A stretch of DNA of 64,000 nucleotides from Octopus sinensis (lineage: Eukaryota). The notes under the pieces are model-generated. The model was not told where the DNA came from. It made no database searches and worked only from the letters and a program-made list of their open reading frames with translations. Numbering within the stretch: the first letter of the stretch is position 1; each line of letters starts with the position of its first letter. The position numbers were made by a program, and so were the translations under genes. Below, in pieces: positions 25,616-38,548 of the stretch. Location: NCBI RefSeq assembly GCF_006345805.1, contig NC_043010.1, positions 50,902,001 to 50,966,000 of the forward strand. Reading direction: 5' to 3'.

Positions 25616-26482
25616 TATTTCTTTACTATCCACAAGGGGCTAAACACAGAGAGGACAAACAAGGACAGACAAACGGATTAAGTCGATTATATCGACCCCA
25701 GTGCGTAACTGGTACTTACATAATCGACCCCAAAAAGATGAAAGGCAAAGTCGACCTTGGCAAAATTTGAACTCAGAATGTAAGGCACACAAAATAGCTA
25801 TTTCTTTACTACCCACAAGGGGCTAAACACAGAGAGGACAAACAAGGACAGACAAATGGATCAAGTCGATTATATTGACCCCAGTGCATAACTGGTACTT
25901 ATTTAATCAACCCCAAAAGGATGAAAGGCAAAGTTGACCTCGGCAGAATTTGACTTCAGTGGAATTTGAACTTAGAATGTTCACACAGATGAAATACCTG
26001 TTTCTTTACTACCCACAGGGGGCTAAACACAGAGAGGACAAACAAGGACAGACAAACGGATCAAGTCGATTATATTGACCCCAGTGCATAACTGGTACTT
26101 ATTTAATCGACCCCGAAAGGATGAAAGGCAAAGTCGACCTCGGCAGAATTTGAACTCAGAACATAGTGGCAGACGAAATACCGCTAAGCATTTAGCCCAG
26201 CGTGCTAACGTTTCTACCAGCTCACCGCCTTCTGTACAAACACATACCTATTTCTTTACTACCCACAAGGGGCTAAACACAGAGAGGACAAACAAGGACA
26301 GACAAACGGATTAAGTCGATTATATTGACCCCAGTGCGTAACTGGTACTTATTTAATCAACCGTGAAAAGATGAAAGGCACAGTCGACCTCGGCGGAATT
26401 TGAACTCAGAACGTAGCGGCAGACGAAATACCGCTAAGCATTTTGCCCAGCGTGCTAACGTTTCTACCAGCTCACCGCCTTC
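25616..26482 (-). mobile_element. Head-to-tail array of SINE family B monomers
   Basis: ~185-bp unit (TATTTCTTTACTACCCACAAGGGG...GAACTCAG) repeated four times; a 16-bp flank is present three times. Confidence 0.85.
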
Positions 26483-27270
26483 TGTACAAACACATACCGT
26501 CATCATCAACATTTAATGGCTGTTTACCACACTGGCATGAGTTGGATATAGTTTGACAGGAATTGACAAAGTCAGGGGCTGCACCAGGATTCCCAGAGTT
26601 TATATTGACTTAGTTTCTACAGCTAGATGTTCTTCCTAACTAATGCCAACCGTCATCATTTTGACATTCACTTTTCCATGCTTCAAGCAGATTTTTTATG
26701 CTTGGATGTCTTTCCTGTCACCAATCCTCACTTGTTTCCAAGCTAGGTAATATCTTCCAGTCTCTTGAACAATAAATAACCCAGACATAGTTATATGGTG
26801 AATGGGAAACAAACAACACCGTGTAGCTGAGCCTTCTGTTCATAACGATCACATAGCATGTCGAGATATGTACAGAAGCATGGACACTTTTTGCCAGTTG
26901 ACTACTAGCAAAGGACACCTGTGTTTGCAGTAAAGCTTTTTATAGTCAGTAAATGCACACAGAGACAAGAGTAATACTCACTCACTCATACAAACACACA
27001 CATATTCATGCAGACATAAATATATATGTGTGAGAGAGAGAAAAAGAGAGCAGGTGCGGTCCCAGGAATTTTTTGAAGAGAAGGCACAAGGTCAGAAAGG
27101 AATACAATTCCTGGAGAAAAGGGCTTAATAAAATTACTTAGAAGGTTGCATTTCTTTTCTTGAGTGGGGGCATGAACCCAACAGGCTCTCCCACCTTGGA
27201 GAGAAAGAAAGAGAAACAGACAAACAGACAAACAGACACATAGAGCAAAATAATAGCTTTTTCAACTTAC

Positions 27271-27340
27271 ATTATCTAAATAATGAATAGAACTGCACCA
27301 TCGGTAATATTCTTGGACACTGGAAAACCCAGCAACTCTC
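27271..27340 (-). CDS. ABHD2: ABHD2 exon (RVAGFSSVQEYYRWCSSIHYLDN)
   Basis: tttag|G AGA...AAT|gtaag, 70 bp; matches GYNSLKEYY...S..YL. Confidence 0.92.
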
Positions 27341-27551
27341 CTAAAGAAAGAAGAATGAAAATTAGATCTTGCATTGTACCAGTCGACCTCTTTAGAGTTG
27401 GAAAATATTAACAGTTCACATTAGTAAAATTTTATCTACATAACATACTTAATATTTGCATGTCATTGAAAAGTCAGAAGCTGCAATTTTTTTGTCAAGG
27501 GAAGAAGCTCACTTTCAAACCATGTGGTTTTGGGTTCAGTCCCACAGCCTG

Positions 27552-27783
27552 GCACTTTAGGCAAGTATCTTCTACTGTAGCCCTGGGCTGATCAATACCT
27601 TGTGAGTGAATTTGGTAGATAGAAACTGTGCGGAAGCTTATCTTATATATATATATATATATATATAAGCAGAAGCTTATATATATATATAAGATAAACT
27701 TCCGCACAGTTTTTATCTACCAAATTCACTCACAAGGTATTGATCAGCCCAGGGCTACAGTAGAAGATACTTGCCCAAAGTGC
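27552..27783. repeat. Local inverted duplication of a SINE-A fragment (hairpin)
   Basis: ~95-bp arms sharing private variants (GGGCTGATCAATACC) around a near-palindromic (TA)n centre. Confidence 0.9.
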
Positions 27784-27885
27784 AAAAACTATTTCACTAA
27801 TGTTATCAGGAAAAAATAAATGTTTAAACAAAAAAAAATTTTTTTAAGTGACAAGAGGGTTGAATAGGAATTGTTTTTCACTAAC

Positions 27886-28083
27886 CGGCTGTAATATTCA
27901 TCAATTTCTAGGAGAGTGGGTGAGTTAAAGATGCGATCCTCATCTAGGGCTCCATATCTGTTCTTCGCTTCATCACTGAACAATACGTCTTTATGTTCCC
28001 ACAGCAGTGATTTCTGGCGAGTGGTCAACAGCAATAAGTAGGCACTGCATGGACTCAGCGTGTCAAAGTAGTGGGACACAGCT
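27886..28083 (-). CDS. ABHD2: ABHD2 exon (AVSHYFDTLS...KSLLWEHKDVLF...TLLEIDEYYSR)
   Basis: ccag|A GCT...AGCCG|gttagt, 198 bp, phases fit both neighbours. The 3' half resembles KKIILSHRQALF...SLMQIDD; the 5' half is divergent. Confidence 0.82.
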
Positions 28084-29100
28084 CTGGATTTGGTATTCAA
28101 AATAAAGAAAAATAAATATCAACAAGTAAGAGCATGTAAGTAGAAAGACAGATAAATACAAGTAAGTTTACTGCATAGATATGGAATAAATAATACACAA
28201 TAAATGAAAAGTGTAGGAGTGGCTGTGTGGTAGGTAAGTAGCTTGCTTACCGACCACATGGTTCTGGGTTCAGTCCCACTGCGTGGCACCTTGGGCAAGT
28301 GTCTTCTACTATAGCCTCGGACCGACCAAAGCCTTGTGAGTGGATTTGGTAGACGGAAACTGAAAGAAGCCCATCGTATATATGTATGTATATGTGTGTG
28401 TGTGTGTGTGTTTGTGTGTGTTTGTGTTTGCCACCCCCAACATTGCTTGACAACCGATGCTGGTGTGCTTACGTCTCCCTAACTTAGCGGTTCGGCAAAA
28501 GAGACCGATAGAATAAGTACTAGGCTTACAAAGAATAAGTCCTGCGGTCGATTTGCTCGACTAAAAGGTGGTGCTCCAGCATGGCCACAGTCAAATGACT
28601 GAAACAAGAAAAAGAGTAAAGAGAGAAAGGAGTTATAGATATGGCTGTTTATAGGTGCAGATGTTACTGTGTGGTAAGAAGTTTGCTTTCAAACTGCATG
28701 GCACCCAGTTCAGTTCCATTGCATGGCTCCTTGGGCAAGTGTCTCCAACTATAGTCTTGTTCATCATCCTTAAACAACCTTTATTCAGGGACCTTTTGAG
28801 TGAGATGCGCTACTCGACCTTAAGAAAATTCTAACTAGGCTCCACCTGCAAGGTCATGCACTGTTTATCTTGATATGAGATCATTTATGGAGTAGAGAGA
28901 GAATTCAGCTATTAAGAACTTTTCTCTAAAGATTTTCTCAAGAAGGGATCCTAAATCTCAAATATTGAAATACCAGGTAAAACTATTGACCTAATTATTT
29001 TTATAACTTGCTTTGTTTTGGCTTTAAATGATAAAAAAAAAATTAAAATATGAATTTTAATATATATATATATTTTGCAAGGAAAATATATGGTACTTAC

Positions 29101-29284
29101 AAATTAGCATCATATCCTTGACAAATTGACAGGCCACAGAGAAAGCGCTTCTGATTTTCAAAATTCTCTCCGAGGTACTTGAGAACAATATTGGCCCCCA
29201 TACTAAAACCAACTAAACTCATTTTAGTATCCGGATAAAGTTTTTGTATCTCAAGTGTGATGCTATGGAAATCGTCAGTGTTAC
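29101..29284 (-). CDS. ABHD2: ABHD2 exon with nucleophile elbow GFSMG
   Basis: ttag|GT AAC...AATTT|gtaag, 184 bp; LVGFSMGANIVLKYLGE...SICQGY. Confidence 0.95.
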
Positions 29285-30376
29285 CTAAGTAGGAAAAAAA
29301 GAATATATATATGTATATATATATAATATAAAGTTGCAATAATTATGTAAAGATTTTGAAGTCAATTTTTTTCTAAAAATTTGATTTAGGTGAAATTTAA
29401 GCTTAAAAAAAATTATTTTAAAACAATAAAACTATCCAGCTTTTTTAAAACAATCTATCTTATAATCTATCCAACACTTCACTTCATTTTCTCCCCTCCA
29501 TACACACGCAAGCATGTATCTGACTCATACACTTTCCACTTCCCAGACATTTGTACATTACTGCATATGCTTTATATGCACTTTTGACAAGTTGTGATAC
29601 ACCAGAGCACTGTATACAATAATTTCATTATCATTATTATTATTATAATTAAAAAGAAAAAAAGGTGTTTTACATGAATTTAAAACATAAATTCAAATGA
29701 TATTCTACTTTAACATGAACATTTTTTGTAAAGACATAATCTTCTCAAAATAGCAGAAAAACAATCTTCAAACTACTGACTGCTTTCAAATGCTGACAAT
29801 AAATTAAGTCTTAAATTTAAGAAAAGGAGGGTCATTGTCTGCCATGACAACAGTAAATCTATTTTACAGAGAGAATTGAGATTTGTCCCAATGGAATTAC
29901 TATCTGGTACATAACCTTTCCTGATCAAGCTCTAAATTATGTGGCCTTTGGCCAATTGTCATGAAAGCTTTGCTACTACATCATACTAGCCACATGACAG
30001 CCGCTGCACAGCACATCAAGCAATGCACTGCCACTGTGCATCACTGCACAACCAATGCACATAACACTGGCCAAGGGGCTTCTGTTGCACATAACACTAG
30101 TCAATAGACTGCAACTATTTGTTTTTTCATTGGATAGTTCAGGAAAAAGGGGCTGCCCCATGACCTTTGTAGGTGCTTTTTGAAACTCCTTTACTCTTTT
30201 ATCTGTTTCAGTCATTTTACTGTGGCCATGCTGGAGCACTGCCTTTAGTTGAACAAATTGACCCCAGGACTTATTCTTTGTAAGCCTAGTACTTATTCTA
30301 TCGGTCACTCTTGCCAAACCACTAAGTGAAGGGGATGTAAACACAGACACACAAACATATATAAACGTACATACAT

Positions 30377-30407
<31 letters not shown>

Positions 30408-31820
30408 TATATATATATGTGTGTATACACACACACGATGGGCTTCTTTCAGTTTCCGTCTACCAAATCCACTCACAAGGCTTTGGTCAGCCCGAGGCTA
30501 TAGTAGAAGACACTTGCCCAAGGTGCCATGCAGTGGGACTGAACCCGGAACCATGTGGTTGGTAAGCAAGCTACTTACCACACAGCCACCCCTGTGCCTA
30601 AGTATTTATATTTTTTTAGATTTTAATTATTTCCATAGGAGGTTTTGGAACATAACAGCCGCAATAGTCAAGGGATTACTATATATATATGTTTGAAGCA
30701 TATTAAAAATACATATGCAAGTCATCACTCAATATTAACTGTTTCTGGTATTGATATGAGAATAGAACAGTTGACACAAATGATAATGAACTAAGTTATT
30801 TGCTTCAAGCTATCTAGTTTAAGTCTTGCCAAACCGGACTATATTTTGCTATTCTCAGCAGTGATGTAATAGGAACTAATAATTTTGTTACACCTTGACT
30901 TTCAACTAGTTAGAAAAACAAAAACAAAAAAAATAAAACTGTAGTAGTCATAGTTCATTTATGATTGGTTAGTCCATATTACTCTGTAAGGAGCATAGGG
31001 CTGGTTTCCCAGTTACCCTGGCACATATGTGTTCCTCCTTGGATGAGATGCTGGTCCAACACAGGATTACTAATTTTTACCTGCTGAGCAGACTGGAGCA
31101 ACATGAAATAAAGTGTTTTGCTTAAGAACACAATGCATCACAAGCCCCAGGAATTGAAACCACAATCTTATGATCACGAGTCCAGCACCCTAACCACTAA
31201 GCCATGCGCCTCCACCGTTGGTGTAATAGAAACTGATAATTTTATCAGGCGAACTGGCAGAAACGTTAGCACACCGGGCAAAATGTATAACCATATTTTG
31301 TCTGCCGTTACGTTCTGAGTTCAAATTCCACCAAGGTCGACTTTGCCTTTCATCCTTTCGGGGTCAATAAAATTAAGTACCAGTTATGCACTGGGGTCGA
31401 AGTAATCGACTTTCTTCTCCTCATAAGCACATGTATGCTATAAAGAAAAAAATTTGAAGATGTGATTTTCTTTCAGTCCTACTCTCCGCCCTAATCCTTT
31501 TGTCTGTCCTTGTTTATTCCCTCTATGTTTAGCCCCTTGTGGGCAATAAAGAAATAAGAAACTAATATTTTTATTAGGCCTCAATTTACAATTAAAAAAT
31601 AAAAGAAAGAAAGAAAAAAAACTATATTTGTCATTATTCGTTTGAAGTACCGGTACACTGTATTACTTAAAACACACAGACAAACACTTCTGAACTATGT
31701 CTAACAGAGTATGGCACCCATAATTTTCCTTTAGCATTCAGATTACTCTGTAAAATGAAATGCCTATTTATTCACGTTGTTTTGAATTAATCAGGTATTA
31801 TCTCATGGTTTTCGGGTTTC

Positions 31821-32205
31821 AATGATGTTATTCTGTTGTGTCTGGGGAGAGTCATTTTCTTTTTGTGCCTTATAATGTAACACACTCACAGGTAAAATTT
31901 CCACTTATTTCTTAATTTTATTTTCCTAAAATTTTCAATGCGTCTTGCAACCTTTTCAATAAGTTTTGACTCTGTCTGCAGTGTAAATAACGGACAGAGT
32001 CAAGACTTATTGAAAAGGTTGCAAGATGCAACAAAAATTTTAGGAAAATAAAAATAAGAAATAAGTGGAAATTTTATCGGTGAGTGTGTTAAATCATAAG
32101 GCACAAAAAGAAAATTACTCTCCCCAGAAACAACAGAAAATGCTTCAACACACGAACTCATATAAAGAATCTTGCAAACCAATCCAAAAACGAAATGATG
32201 TTATT
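31821..32205. mobile_element. Asymmetric foldback element (full) nested in a piggyBac-like MITE, 12-bp TSD
   Basis: AATGATGTTATT at 31821-31832 and 32194-32205; ~145-bp inverted arms and a one-sided tail; the host MITE resumes after the insertion. Confidence 0.8.
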
Positions 32206-33083
32206 GTTTACTTTTAGAATGGAATTGTAGGGTAGGTGCGAGAGGCTGGATCTAACAAGTTTGAACATAAAACAGGTGGAATATTTGGGCCAGATATGGC
32301 CAGTTTGAATACTAAAGGGTTGAAGATTTAAGATAGAGATAAGGTGCAGGCATGGACCCTTGTAGTTAACAAGCTTGTGATTTCATGTTCAATCCTTCTG
32401 CGCAGCACAGTGGGCAAATGTCTACTACAGCCCTGGGTTGATCAAAGGCTTGTGAAATTGAATAATTTACATGTTACTCTTTTACTTGTTTCAGTCATTT
32501 GACTGTAGCCATGCTGGAGCACCGCCTTTTAGTCGAGCAAATCAACCCCAGGACTTATTCTTTGTAAGCCTAGTACTTATTCTATTGGTCTCTTTTGCCG
32601 AACCACTAAGATAGTATGGGGACTTAAACACACCAGCATCGGTTGTCAAGTGATGTTGGGGGGACAAAAGCAGACGCACAAACATATACACACACATACA
32701 TATATACATATATACGACAGGCTTCTTTCAGTTTCCATCTAACAAATCCACTCACAAGGCTTTAGTCGGCCCAAGACACTTGCCCAAGGTGCCATGCAGT
32801 GGGACTGAACCCGGAACCATGTGGTTGGTAAGCAAGCTGCTTACCACACAGCCACTACTACGCTAAACCTGTTAGATTAATTTATTACTTGCTTAGTCAT
32901 TAATGTTGATTTAACTTGGGAATAACATTAAGTTATGAAGTAATGATATAATAGTAAGACTTTGTTAAAAAAACATGAAAAACAAATCATAGTAATATCT
33001 CTTAATGTTAGGCATGCAGTAAACTAGCAACTGACCCACTGGAAACCTATAATCAATGATACTATTTCTCATGCAGGTGTGGC

Positions 33084-33600
33084 AGTATGGTGTAAGACAT
33101 AAAAGGCAGTGAGCTGGCTGAAATGTAAGCACACCAGGAGAAATGCCTAGTGGTATTTCGTCTGCTGCTACATTCCGAGTTCAAATTCCGCCAAGGTCGA
33201 CTTTGCCTTTCATCCTTTCGGGGTCGATAAATTACATACCTATTTCTTTACTACCCACAAAGGGCTAAACACAGAGAAGACAAACAAGGACAGACAAACG
33301 GGTTAAGTCGATTATATTGATCCCAGTGCATAACTGGTACTTAATTTATTGACCCTGAAAGGATGAAAGGCAAAGTCAACCTCGGCGGAATTTGAACTCA
33401 GAACGTAATGGCAGACGAAATACTGCTACGCATTTCACCCGGCGTGCTAACGTTTCTGTCAGTTCGCCGCCCTATAAATTACATACCAGTTACACACTGG
33501 GGTCGATGTAATCGAATTAATCCCTTTGTCTGTTGTTGTTTGTCCCCTCTATGTTTAGCCCCTTTGTGGGCAATAACGAAATAAGTATGGTGTAAGACAT
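33084..33600. mobile_element. Triple-nested SINEs (B- inside B+ inside A)
   Basis: TSD AGTATGGTGTAAGACAT at 33084-33100 and 33584-33600; TSD ATAAATTACATACC at 33227-33240 and 33474-33487. Confidence 0.8.
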
Positions 33601-33733
33601 TTGCTTACCAATCACATGGTTCTGGGTTCAGTCCCATGATGCGGTGTCTTGGGCAAAGTGTCTTCTACTATAGCCTCAGGCCAACCAAAGCCTCCTGAGT
33701 AGATTTGGTAGACAGAAACTGAAAGAAGCTCAT

Positions 33734-33764
<31 letters not shown>

Positions 33765-34148
33765 GCATGAGTGTGAGTGTCTTTGTGTATTTGTCTCCCC
33801 CCTCCCACCACTTGACAACAGCTGTTGATGTATTTATATCCCTGTCACTTAGTGGGTCATCAAAAGAGACTGATAACAGAAGTATCAGACTTTAAAAAAA
33901 ATAAGTACTGAGGTTGGTTCATTTGACAAAAAAATTCTTCAAGGAGGTGCCCCAGCATGGCCGCAGTCAAAATCAAATGACTGAAGCATTTACGATAACT
34001 TGCTATATAAAAATTTACACAAATGCATAAAATAACGTCCCAGATACCAAAAATCAATTCTATTATTGAATCATACTTATATCAAGGAAATATAAAATGC
34101 AAAAGATTTTTGTAACAGATGGAGACATGCAAATGATTTGTAACCTAC

Positions 34149-34313
34149 CATAGTTAAAAACTCGTGGTGAAGTGAGCTTGACATCCTTTAGTGTCCCAAG
34201 GTGATTCTGGATGACAACACGGTAACCTTGACTCTGTGCATGGCTGACAAATGAACCAATGTAACAGCTCTCACTGTTGCTTCCATGGCCAGGGCACACA
34301 ACTATTGTAAAGT
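34149..34313 (-). CDS. ABHD2: ABHD2 exon (DFTIVVCPGHGSNSESCYI...NHLGTLKDVKLTSPRVFNYG)
   Basis: ttcag|AC...TATG|gtagg, 165 bp; matches ICPGIANHSEKQYI...NHLG...LTSPRMFTYG. Confidence 0.94.
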
Positions 34314-34364
34314 CTGAAAGGAAGAGGAATAAAAATACAATTAAATAAATATGTTATCTATTTA

Positions 34365-34770
34365 TCTGTCTGTCTGTCTATCTACATACACATCTATCCA
34401 TGTATCTAAGTATCCATCAATCTATCAATCCCTCCATCTATTTATCTATCAATCTATCAAACAGATCTACCCATCAATCAATCAAATATATCCAGCTATC
34501 AGTCAGATCTACCCATCAATCAATCAAATCTGTCCATCTATCTATCCATCGATCAATCTATCTATCCAGCCATCAATCTATCCATCTATCCATCAATCTA
34601 TCTATCCATCAATCTATTCATCCATCCATCCATTTATCCCTCAATTCATCTATCCATCCATCAATCTATCTATCCATCCCACCATCAATCTATCTATCCA
34701 TCCTGCCATCAATCTATCTATCCATCCTGCCATCAATCTATCTATCTATCCATCTATCAATCAATCAAAA
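34365..34770. repeat. (TCTA/TCCA/TCAA)n compound tetranucleotide repeat
   Basis: Direct reading of the sequence. Confidence 0.9.
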
Positions 34771-35415
34771 CATATTCTATTCCATCCTGGCATGGGTGAG
34801 GTGAAATTTGTTCAGGCAGATTTTCTATGGCTGGATGCTCTCTCTGTTGCCAACCCCCTCCTATTTCTAAACAAAGGAAATATTTCTCCATAGCCAGGTA
34901 TTGTTTCTCACAGAACACTAGAAACAAACATCATTTGTATGATGATGATGCTTGTCTATAGCCATTACATGATGTCAAGACAAGGGTACACACACAATGA
35001 GCTTCTTTCAATTTCTATCTACCAAATCTACTCACAAGGCTTTGGTTGGCCCAGGGCTATAGTAGAAGATATTTGCCAAAAGTTCTACAGTGGGACTGAA
35101 CTTGAAACCGCATTATTAAGAAGCTAAACATCTAACTATAATTATGTCGGAGCAGAAATCTGCTCCGGCAATTATTATGACAAACAAATATGCTATGCAA
35201 ATGACCGTTAAATAAAGGGAAAAAAACCCGAAAGGTAGAAAGTAAAAGACGCTCATAGAATTTGCATATGCACCCATGTGCATACATACACATGCATGCA
35301 CACACATCCACGTTCGTGTGCCTATATGCATATGCTCACTCACACTCATGTGAAACACATACATGCACACCCACGCCTATATGTGCACATATATAGTATT
35401 TATTCATATATAGTA

Positions 35416-35469
<54 letters not shown>

Positions 35470-36892
35470 TGAATGTTTGTTCTTATGTTCAGTTATGACG
35501 AAAACAATTTTACATTAATCTGATAGGTTTTGCTGTACTTTTGTAGAAAATTAATTTACCATTCTTATACAAGAATGCTGTTTAAGCCATCCTCAGATGA
35601 AAGCTTACCTGGCTGAAGCTTTGAAGTCACTGTCAACAACATTCTTGTATAAGAATGATAAATACATACATTATGTGTATGTGTGTGTATATATATATAT
35701 ACATTGGCGCCCGTGCCGGTGGCACGTAAAAAACACCCACTACACTCTCGGAGTGGTTGGCATTAGGAAGGGCATCCAGCTGTAGAAACTCTGCCAGATC
35801 AAGATTGGAGCCTGGTGCAGCCATCTGGTTCGCCAGCCCTCAGTCAAAATCGTCCAACCCGTGCTAGCATGGAAGGCGGTCGTTAAACGATGATGATGAT
35901 ATATATAGTGTACACAGGCGGAGGGAAATGAAACAACATCAATAATATATAATTAATACTAATTAAAATCAAAACATTGTCCAAAGGTCAATTTTGTCGT
36001 TATCACTGGTGCCAGCAAGCTGGTGCCAACAAGCAGGTCTGTCTGATATCATTGGCCTCCATCCACTAGACCTGCCAAAGACAGAGACAGCCAGCTCTTC
36101 AGTAACACACCATCAATGATATTTATGTAATATTTATTCCATTTCTGCATTCTTGGTGTATATTTAAACAAGTTATGCAAAGCAAATGTTTAAAGCTGAA
36201 AAGAAGTGACGGGGAAAAAAAAGGAAGAAAAATTTACAGATACAGGTAAGGTCATGTGGTTAAGTAGCTCGCTTTGCAAAATGTGGTTTTAGGTTCAATC
36301 CCACTATGTGACATCTTGGGTGAGTGTCTTCCGCTATAGCCCCAGGCTGATTAATGCCTTGTGTATGAAACTGTGTAGAAGTCCATAGTATTTATATACT
36401 CTTACTCTTTTGCTTGTTTCAGTCATTCGACTGCAGCCATGCTGGAGCACCACCTTTATTCGACTTATTCTTTGTAAGCCTAGTACTTATTCTATTGGTC
36501 TCTTTTGCCGAACCGCTAAGTTACGGGGACATGAACACACCAGCATCGGTTGTCAAGCGATGTTGGGAGGACACACACAAACACACACACATATATATAT
36601 ACACATATACATGGCAGGCTTCTTTCAGTTTCCGTCTACCAAATCCACTCACAAGGCTTTGGTCGGCCCCAGGCTACAGTAGAAGACACTTGCCCAAGGT
36701 GCCACGCAGTGGGACTGAACCCAGAACCATGTGGTTGGCAAGCAAGCTACTTACCACACAACCACTCCTGCGCCTATATGTATATTTATATATGAACACA
36801 TATACAAATATACACACATATGTACATATACAGACTCACACACACACACACATAGTAGAATAAGAAATAGAAAGTCTTTGATGCAGTATAAC

Positions 36893-37037
36893 ATATTTGA
36901 AAAAAGATGAATAGAAGAGGCTTTTCTGATCATTTTTCTGCTTTAATAAGATGTTTATAAGTTTAATCTTATAAACATCTAATTATTAAAATGGAAAAAT
37001 TATCAGAAAAGCCTCTTCTATTCATTTTCTCAAATAT
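36893..37037. repeat. 145-bp imperfect palindrome (MITE-like)
   Basis: GAATAGAAGAGGCTTTTCTGAT...GATGTTTATAAG / CTTATAAACATC...ATCAGAAAAGCCTCTTCTATTC with a TTTAAT loop. Confidence 0.8.
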
Positions 37038-37415
37038 CTATTATATAAAATCCATTCTGTCTATCTGTCTGTGTGCCTTCTAAGATCTTGGGCATCCTCC
37101 AGCCAATTGTGCTCAAATTTGATATGTAGATACCAACGGTATCAGGGTGTTGAAAAAATTACAAAAATCGATTCCAGGTGAGAATGCAATCGATAAAGCA
37201 TTCTTTGGAATAGAAAAAAGTCTATCTTTATTTCTTCTTTTGCTGGTGTCTCAAATTTAGGTCAAATCAGTGTTTCTCAAAGGGGAGGCCTATGGGTCAG
37301 TCGGATAAGTTGTTTTGAGAAAATTTGGTTTAAATGTTTGGAAAATCAGCACCGTCCATTGGATGGGGGGGGGGGGGCGTTTTGCTCGTATATATATATA
37401 TATATATATATATAT

Positions 37416-37812
37416 TACATGTTGTATCGAAAAGTTCCTGGATTAGTTCTGTAGTGTGCCAACAGATGGCAGCACAAGGTTGCATGCACACAGAGAGCCA
37501 GCAGTGACCTTCATGAAGCAGTGTGCTGAGTGACATTGCTGTGTTTATTTTGTAAGTTATGAAATTTGTGTTGTTTTGACCACGTGAATGCTGTAGTGTG
37601 TGATCTTGTCTTGGACAGGAACAAAGAGCCAAACTGAAATTTTGTTTTAAACTTGGGAAGTCTGTTACAGAGACATTTAGCATGTTTTAGCAAGCTTCAG
37701 GTGAAAAGGCAATGCGTTGTACACAGTGTTTTGAGTGGCATGGCCACTTCAAAAGTGGAAGAGTGTCCCTGGAAGACAGTGAGCAATCTGGAAGGCTTGC
37801 CACAAGCGACAC
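37416..37812 (+). mobile_element. Mariner 5' relic (N-terminal HTH region)
   Basis: Decayed EQR..KFCFKLGKS.TETF...CFEWHGHFKSGRVSLED...SGR pattern. Confidence 0.65.
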
Positions 37813-38548
37813 CTCAGCTTTGTGAGTGAATTTGAGGTTATTAGAAGACCCTCAAAATGTTTAACCCTAACCCCAAATTTGCAAAGCAAACTGCTTCATC
37901 ACACAACAATACTTTCTTATATCCAGTAATTATATATGTTGTAATATATATAGTAATTGCAGCATAAAACAGTTTACTATGGAAAGGCTTACACATTTAT
38001 TGATAAAAATATTTACAGCTAGCACGAATTACATATAATAGTAGTATTAGTATTAATAATAATAATAATAATAGTAGTATTAATAGTAGTAACCATTACA
38101 CGGCACAGCCAGTAATTGTGATCTGTGAAAGGGGAAACAAAAATAAATCAAGAAAAAGAATGTGGTATTAGAAGAGTTTTAACCCTCTGTCTGTCCAAAG
38201 CATTTCCATAAGTTTGTCCTGAACGTCCATGCTTGTTTTTAGATTGTTCATTAGCTTTTGTTTCGTATGTTCTGAGTAGCATAAAACTTTCCTTTTATTT
38301 CAAAGGTACCAAGTTACTAGTAGGGGAGAAAATATCAGGAATAGGTATAATGCTGTATTTTCAGGCATACAAGTTGAATTTTTCTGAGCAAAATTTACAG
38401 TCAAAATAAGTAGGTTGACTTATACACCAAAACGACTTTGAAGGACAAATAGTTCCTTCTGAAATGCAGCAGGATTTGGAATGGTAATGACGATGTTTGA
38501 AGGTTTACATTATGTATTACATTGACTTGTATGCTAGAAAATATGATA

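Noticed and set aside
25616-26482. CRISPR-like array
   Set aside because: Units are ~185-bp SINE monomers with no unique spacers; eukaryotic context.
30000-30110. Cluster of TGCAC motifs as metal-response elements
   Set aside because: None completes the TGCRCNC consensus; looks like a degenerate short repeat.
36410-36863. Recurrent ORFs such as LLSVSVYQIHSQGFG and FRLPNPLTRLWSA
   Set aside because: Chance open frames within SINE family A, repeated on both strands across the window.
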